Source: Octopus bimaculoides (taxonomy: Eukaryota). Taken from it: a DNA stretch of 42,045 nucleotides. Where the stretch lies: the NCBI RefSeq assembly GCF_001194135.2, contig NC_068983.1, positions 155,522,192 to 155,564,236 of the forward strand. The letters are read 5' to 3'. Below are positions 34,990 to 42,045 of the stretch, one piece after another (position 1 is the stretch's first letter; each line of letters opens with the position of its first letter). Under the pieces are notes generated by a model. It did not search any database and was not told the DNA's origin. It saw only the letters and a program-made list of their open reading frames with translations. The position numbers and the translations under genes are program-made.

Positions 34990-36172
34990 GATCTAAGTAA
35001 TTGACATACTTTGCACTTAAGTTTGTATAAAATTCTACTTTTACTTCATATTGAATTTCATTCTTTATTGCGCTGTTCATTTGGTAGCAACAAACTTAGA
35101 ATGCCACAGAACATAACACAAGGGTAGTAATGAAAATAAAAAAAGATGCTTATTTGAAGAACTAGATGCAATTATTTCATTTGACATTAATCTCGGTGTG
35201 TTTTATTCTCTAGATATGATATCAACTAAGTGTCCTTACAGTATATCAACGAAAACTCTGTAAAGTTTTGCTAACATAAAAATATTGTGGAATACATTAA
35301 TATCGCTTTATCTAATATTCCATCTATATACTTTGCATACAAATTCAAGCACATTAACATGTGTACATAAATGTATACATATATGCACCTAACCATACGT
35401 GTTAGGTGCATATAGGTGCAATAAGCATGAATCAGAACATAAGTATACATACTCATGTAGATGTGCACTCATTTGCATCATACATGCAGCTTCATATATA
35501 GACATGTGAAAGGTTTCATTTGTGTTCAGATTCACTTGTTTTATAGCCGTAAAACGAATTTGCATTGGAAACGGCTTTCCATTTAAAGTTGAATGTATAT
35601 TATTGTTTTTCATATGCAACATTTTTTTAGTACTAGTTTTCGTTTTTCTGCATTTTATATTCCTCAATGTTTGTGTATGTTGTTAGTATCGAAATTTGAA
35701 TAGATAAGAAAGGATTCCAATGCAACACTTTAAAGAATTTTAGCTCATTACTTGATATCGATGTTCTTTTCGAGAAAATTTAACTCTAACAAGCTGTTGT
35801 TGGTAATGTTACAATTCCAATTCTGATTGTTGATATTTGAAGTGAGTTTCTTAAATTTTCTAAACCAATACTGGCCATAAAATATTACACTATCCACTAC
35901 AAAACAAATCATTCGAAAGCCATAAAGTTAAGTATAACTTATCCATTCTTAACTACACCGTTTTACAAATAACTTCACATTCTTTGAGTATCTGACACAT
36001 CTTGGGTCGCATCTACTTCCTCCTTCAAAAATCTTCCAGCAAAGGAAAACAGGTGTATATCAGTTAAAGTCGACGATACAATATTACATACATACATCCA
36101 TACATACATACATACATACATATTACATACATACTTATAGACAGACAAACAAACAGTCATGCACACACACAC

Positions 36173-36218
<46 letters not shown>

Positions 36219-36270
36219 ACATATACTGGAGGTGCACGAATCACCTTTGATTGAGAGATATGTATATATG

Positions 36271-36742
36271 TATTCTTTTCTTTTATTCTTTTATTTGTTT
36301 CAGTCATTTGACTGCGGCCATGCTGGAGTACCGCCTTTAGTCGAAAAAATCGACCCCAGGACTTACTCTTTATAAGGCTAGTACTTATTGTATCGTCTCT
36401 TTTGCCGAACCGCTGAGTCACGGGGACGTAAACANNNNNNNNNNNNNNNNNNNNNNNNNNNNNNNNNNNNNNNNNNNNNNNNNNNNNNNNNNNNNNNNNN
36501 NNNNNNNNNNNNNNNNNNNNNNNNNNNNNNNNNNNNNNNNNNNNNNNNNNNNNNNNNNNNNNNNNNNNNNNNNNNNNNNNNNNNNNNNNNATATATATAT
36601 ATATACGACGGGCTTCTTTCAGTTTCGTCTACCAAATCGACTCACAAAGGTTCGGTCGGCCCGAGGCTATAGTAGAAAATTCTTGCCACGCAACCATGTA
36701 GCTGGAAAGTAAGTTTCTTACCACACAGCTACGCCTGCGCCT
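36271..36742 (-). mobile_element. Family C SINE spanning a gap
   Basis: Both halves match family C. The N run 36435-36590 replaces the internal microsatellite. Confidence 0.88.
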
Positions 36743-36749
36743 GTGTATA

Positions 36750-37478
36750 TACAATTATATTTAACATGTTTTCGTACACTCAGAATTAGAAAGACCTTTG
36801 ACGGGGGAATTGTCTCGAGGGAAATATGTTTAGTAATATGCATGAAGACATATCACAGAGCTATGACTGACGTCACTGGACAATAGATTGCATTCATTTC
36901 TGCATTGGTACGCTTCATCAGCTACGGACATCGAACCTATCGTTCGTAGCTCATTAAAAACAACAACCGTTCTTATCTTTAAAGAGCAAATACTACATTT
37001 GGTGATTGGTGAAAACTTTGTCATGCTCCAATTAATTGGAGGCGCATAAATCGGCGTTGATTGGAATACCCGTGTACAGTTATATTTAGCGTTTCCAATC
37101 GAGACAATTTCTGCAGCGAAGGTCTTTCCACGTTCGAGTGTACACAAGCATGTTACATATAAGTGAACACTCGTATTCTTCAGTTAATTAATTCCAGTTT
37201 GACTGGAATAAGTTTTGAGCACACCAAAAAAATGTATTATCTGCTGTTTAAATATAAGAACGGCTGTTCTTAGAGGGCTGCGAACGATGAACTCAGTGTT
37301 CGTAGATGATGAAGTGTAACGGCGCAGACGCATGTCCCTACAGCCCGTTGATGTCATTCATAGCTCAGCGATGTGTTTTTACACATATTGGTTATATGGA
37401 GGAATTATCTCTCAAGACAATTCTGTAGCGAAGGTCTTTCCACGCTCAACTGTATACGAACGTGTTAACAATTATTGT
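36750..37478. mobile_element. Diverged foldback element (~245-bp arms) with a third internal copy of the terminal segment
   Basis: 36790 GAAAGACC...GAATTGTCTCGAG pairs with CTCAAGACAATTC...GGTCTTTC (37411-37440), and CCGTTCTTATCTTTAAA pairs with TTTAAATATAAGAACGG. GACAATT...AGCGAAGGTCTTTCCACG is repeated at about 37103 and 37417. Confidence 0.75.
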
Positions 37479-37518
37479 ACCCACTCAAGTATGCATACAC
37501 ACGCGCACACACACATGC

Positions 37519-37645
<127 letters not shown>

Positions 37646-37969
37646 CACATATACACGCACTCACATTTATGCATTTGTACATCTCGATATCTTTTATCCA
37701 TGTATGTACATGCTTATATGTCGGTGTTTATTTCATTGTGCTCTTGTAATTGTATGCATGTGTGCAGGTGTGCATATGTGAATTTAGAAGTTCCTCTGGA
37801 TATCAATGAGATATGTAAAGGAATAACGAACGAAAGAGAATGACTTGGGTTCCGACAACTATAGCTTTTCGCATATTCCTTTGTTCTTACGGGCTTTTTT
37901 GATTCTTACAATTTCTTCCAAAAGATAATTAGATTTTATGTTTTTGAATTATCAATAATAATAATTGTC

Positions 37970-38009
37970 AACATCATCATCATCATCGTTATTATTATTA
38001 TTATTATTA

Positions 38010-38062
<53 letters not shown>

Positions 38063-38189
38063 GATGAAAATAAATAAATAACAATAATGTATTATTATTA
38101 GTAATAATAATATAAAAATACGAATGATGATCATTCATCTTTTCTTTCTATCTCATCTTCATTCACTTGTTGTTGTTCTTCTTCTTCTT

Positions 38190-38266
<77 letters not shown>

Positions 38267-38270
38267 CATT

Positions 38271-38304
<34 letters not shown>

Positions 38305-38309
38305 TATTA

Positions 38310-38361
<52 letters not shown>

Positions 38362-38400
38362 CATCATCATCATCTTCTTTGTTGTTGCTGTTGTTGCATT
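37970..38400. repeat. Compound trinucleotide microsatellite cluster (ATC/ATT/GTT/CTT)
   Basis: Read directly. Confidence 0.97.
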
Positions 38401-38598
38401 TGTTTCTTCAGTATTTCAATAGTATGTTAACCTCCTAATCATAGAAGGTGAAGATAAAAATTATTAAAAGGGGAAATATTTTTTCATCTTCCCTTCCAGT
38501 CTATTTTTGCAGTCATGTCTAAAGCAGGAAGTTAATTAGCCTAAAGCTAATTTGTTAAACTATACATCACACCACATCTCACTACACATAGAACAAAA

Positions 38599-38669
<71 letters not shown>
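38599..38669. repeat. (ACT)n microsatellite
   Basis: Perfect run. Confidence 0.97.
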
Positions 38670-38671
<2 letters not shown>

Positions 38672-38763
38672 TACCGTCATATTCTCATGTATTTCTCTCT
38701 GTCTCTCTTCCCTCTTAATCTGTCCCTGCTTCTTTTCATGTTTACAATTCTTATTCTCATTAT

Positions 38764-38937
38764 TAAGGCAGTGATCTGGCAGAATAGTTAGCACACCGGA
38801 CAAAATGCTTAGCCACATTCCTTCTATCTTTTATGTTCTGAGTTCAAATTCTGCCAAGATCGACTTTGTCTTTCAACCTTTTCGGAATCGATAAGTGCCA
38901 GTTGAATACTAGGAACGATGTAATTGACTAAGCCACA
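38764..38937 (+). mobile_element. Family A SINE, older copy
   Basis: GGCAGTGATCTGGCAGAATAGTTAGCACACCGG...GTTCTGAGTTCAAATTCTGCC...GATCGACTTTG. Confidence 0.85.
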
Positions 38938-38944
38938 TTTTAAC

Positions 38945-39320
38945 CATTTTTTTTTTTGAGAATTCTAGCTGAATACAATATGACACTCCTCTCCTGGATG
39001 ATACTGCCAATATCTTTTAGCCTCTTTACTAGTTGTTTGGCTGTTGTGTCAAGTACACCGATTACCACAGGTAAAAACGTCATCTCAGCCACTATATTTT
39101 CACCTTCCTATCCAGATCAAGATACTTCCCAATTTACTCAATTTCTTTCCATATACACTCTAATGTACATTATCACTAATCTATGATCTTACATTATTTA
39201 GTTTTTGTCATCTACAATTATATCCGATGTCCATACTTTCAGCATGGCTTTTTATATGGACAAATCTCATAAATCCTGTTCTTTTCATTCACTCTCACAG
39301 CCTCTGGCTCTAGTTCATAT
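38945..39320 (-). mobile_element. R4-clade-like LINE C-terminal (restriction-like endonuclease) relic
   Basis: Minus strand EPEAVRVNEK, SDIIVDDKN**CKIID (cf. RPDIVVxDKxxKxCxIID), KEIE*IGKYLDL (cf. EKIEKYQDL), FLPVVIGVLDT (cf. PVVIGALG) and SARILK (cf. TARILR). Confidence 0.78.
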
Positions 39321-39790
39321 TACTTCTTTATCAATTTGAACCTACAAACTTGGCTTACATCCTAAGGAACTCTTTTACAAACACAGCTGTAATCACGCTA
39401 ATATAGTTTATGTGCTATTTTTATTATCATCAACCGACTTTTCCAGTTAAGTGATAGTAAAACCTGCGTCCATTTTTGCTACGGATTCTACATTTACTCA
39501 TTGACTGAGTTTTATCCGTTTTTGTCTTTATCAAGTTCATTTTAATGGCATCTTCATAAGTGCATATAATTAACGATTCCGTCCCTTGTTTCAAGTTTCC
39601 ATTTGTCAAGCATAACCGGCGCTTCTCACTTTCAGCATCGGTCTGTTGCATGAGTTAGCCGTATTGATATATAAATATATTTTGAACTACGTAAACCGTT
39701 AAGTAACAGGGACGTAAACACACCCACAACGGTTTTCAAGCAGTGGAAAGGGAGAGTTACAAACGAACGCAATGACACACACTCATGGGG

Positions 39791-39836
<46 letters not shown>

Positions 39837-39846
39837 NNNNNNNNNN

Positions 39847-39879
<33 letters not shown>

Positions 39880-39991
39880 ACACACACACTCAAACACGCA
39901 CGCACACACACACTTACATTTGTGTGTGTGTGTATATTATATATAAATACATACACACAGGTACGCACACAAACACACATATAGCAGATTT

Positions 39992-40223
39992 AGGAGGCGA
40001 GCTGGCAGAAACGTTAGCACGCCGGGCGAAATGCTTAGCGGTATTTCGTCTGCCGCTACGTTCTGAGTTCAAATTCTGCCGAGGTCGACTTTGCCTTTCA
40101 TCCTTTCGGGGTCGATTAAATAAGTACCAGTTACGCACTGGGGTCGGTATAATCGACTTAATCCGTTTGTCTGTCCTTGTTTGTCCCCTCTGTGTGTAGC
40201 CCCTTGTGGGTAGTAAAGAAATA
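39992..40223 (+). mobile_element. Family A SINE, full length and young
   Basis: 17-bp TSD ACACATATAGCAGATTT (39975-39991 and 40224-40240). The central GACTTTGCCTTTCATCCTTTCGGGGTCGAT.AAATAAGTACCAG resembles the MetaSINE domain as I recall it (not aligned). Confidence 0.95.
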
Positions 40224-40514
40224 ACACATATAGCAGATTTGCTACGTTATTGTCTTCAAGCGCATCATCCATGTATTCTCTCAGGGAATATTCTATACAG
40301 GCGACGGTTGTTATTTATATATTAGGAGTTGTAGATATTAGGAGTTGTAGATATTAGTGATTACTATCTACGAAGGCTTGTCGGTTCTGTTGCACTGTTT
40401 AAGCCAGGTTTATGTATGCAGACCAGAGCTAGTTTTTTTTAAAAACTTCGCGAAGTTATTGATCAAATAAAAGTCTGTTTTTATAGGTTTTGAGTACGGT
40501 TTATTTGGCTTACG

Positions 40515-40904
40515 TGGAGGCGCAATGGCCCAGTGGTTAGGGCAGCGGACTCGCGGTCATAGGATCGTGGTTTCGATTCCCAGACCGGGCGCTGTGAGTG
40601 CTTATTGAGCGAAAACACCTAAAGCTCCACGAGGCTCCGGCAGGGGATGGTGGCGAATCCTGCTGTACTCTTTCACCACAACTTTCTCTCACTCTTACTT
40701 CCTGTTTCTGTTGTGCCTGTAATTCAAACGGTCAGCCTTGTCACACTGTGTCACGCTGAATATCCCTGAGAACTACGTTAAGGGTACACGTGTCTGTGGA
40801 GTGCTCAGCCACTTGCACGTTAATTTCACGAGCAGGCTGTTCCGTTGGTCGGATCAACTGGAACCCTCGACGTCGTAAGCGACGGAGTGCCAACTAACTA
40901 ACTA
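40515..40904 (+). mobile_element. Family B SINE, full length
   Basis: 12-bp TSD ATTTGGCTTACG (40503-40514 and 40905-40916). Tail is (AACT)n. Confidence 0.95.
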
Positions 40905-41728
40905 ATTTGGCTTACGCATCATCAATACATCCGTTTCTGTTCTTGATTTTAGATGTTCAAAACCTAATCTAGTTTTTGTGAAGATTTTGTCATTGGGACT
41001 ATAATCGTTTGGTTACCTTTTTTTAATGCTGTTTTGAAGAAGGTCAACAAAAGCAAGTCACAGGTTTTCTTGTGATTTGGAGAGATACTGAATAGCATTA
41101 ATGATTGCATTCTGTTTTGATCCCTTTGTGACATTAATAACTTTATCCCCTTTCAGCGTGGTAGATTGCATATTATATGAGGTGATTTATATTTAAGTAG
41201 AATTGAGTTTTATAACCTCCTCTTTGACTAGGCAGTGAAAAACTCTAACAAGAAAAAAAGAAGACTATCAGAAAATATATGTAAATAATAAAAGACGGAA
41301 TATTGCTTATATAAAAGTTGGTCTATTTAACAAAACTCATTTTCCAGACTTTCACAACATAAAGCGTCAGCACTGATTTATTTGGCCAGATACCATCACT
41401 GTCGACAATATATAACGTTCAGACATCAGTTCTGAATCTCTAAAAGGTAGAACAACTTCGAGACGCTAATCAATAGATGGCCACTTGAACATAGTAAATG
41501 CTTGAGATACAAACATTGGATCTAAGTAGAAACTATCAATTCAAAAGAGTGCAGTGCTGGATGACGAAAGAACATCCTAAGTTTTAAGCATGGTTTATAT
41601 AGACAATGATCTACAGACTTAGCTTCTGCTTTTCAGACTGTAAACTACGTGAATGCATGCATGGATAAACGTATGCGAGTATGTCTATGTATGTATACAT
41701 ATATGTATGTATGTATGTATGTAGTATA

Positions 41729-42045
41729 CTCTTTTACTCTTTTACTTGTTTCAGTCTTTTAACTGCGGCCATGCTGGAGCACCGCCTTTAGTCGAGCAAA
41801 TCGACCCCAGGACTTATTCTTTAGAAGCCTAGTACTTATTCTATCGGTCTCTTTTGCCGAACCGCAAAGTTACGGGTACATAAACACACCAGCATCGGTT
41901 GTCAAGCGATGTTGGGGGGACAAACACAGACACACAAACACATACATACATACATATATATATATACATATATACGACGGGCTTCTTTCAGTTTCCGTCT
42001 ACCAAATCCACTCACAAGGCTTTGGTCGGCCCGAGGCTATAGTAG
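41729..42045 (-). mobile_element. Family C SINE (head beyond the window end)
   Basis: TTTTACTTGTTTCAGTC...GCGGCCATGCTGGAGCACCGCC...CGACGGGCTTCTTTCAGTTTCCGTCTACC. Confidence 0.93.

Noticed and set aside
35720-35960. Minus-strand NINNQ...LELNFLEKNI reminiscent of a Penelope RT C-terminus
   Set aside because: Similarity is too weak and no YxDD motif is visible; needs a profile search.
38124-38438. Poly-L/I/Y/F ORFs
   Set aside because: Translations of trinucleotide microsatellites.
41540-41600. IQKSAVL resembling an R4-type LINE C-terminus
   Set aside because: Too short and the upstream motifs were not recovered.

Overview
AT-rich, microsatellite-dense eukaryotic DNA with ten N gaps. I found no credible host protein-coding exon, so it looks intergenic or deep intronic. 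The SINE families and (CA)/(TA)/(AAT) load resemble a coleoid cephalopod (octopus-like) genome; this is inference, not a database match. Content: (1) four tRNA-headed SINE families, called A-D here, about 20 copies, several with exact 12-17 bp target-site duplications (TSDs); (2) decayed LINE relics (Jockey/I-like, R4-clade x2, RTE-clade x2); (3) mariner and Tc1 transposase relics; (4) a candidate non-autonomous Helitron and a MITE; (5) three long foldback elements; (6) a diverged ~750 bp tandem duplication. The most notable signal is four minimal hammerhead-ribozyme (HHR) motifs of the Penelope-like element (PLE) type at 10661, 19543, 21845 and 24113. One sits in the tail of a fifth, tRNA-headed SINE-like element whose 3' segment is inverted in front of the head, which suggests a Pol III SINE mobilised by Penelope-like machinery. 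A decayed ORF of unknown origin at 1508-2460 also merits a search. Repeat boundaries without a stated TSD are approximate.
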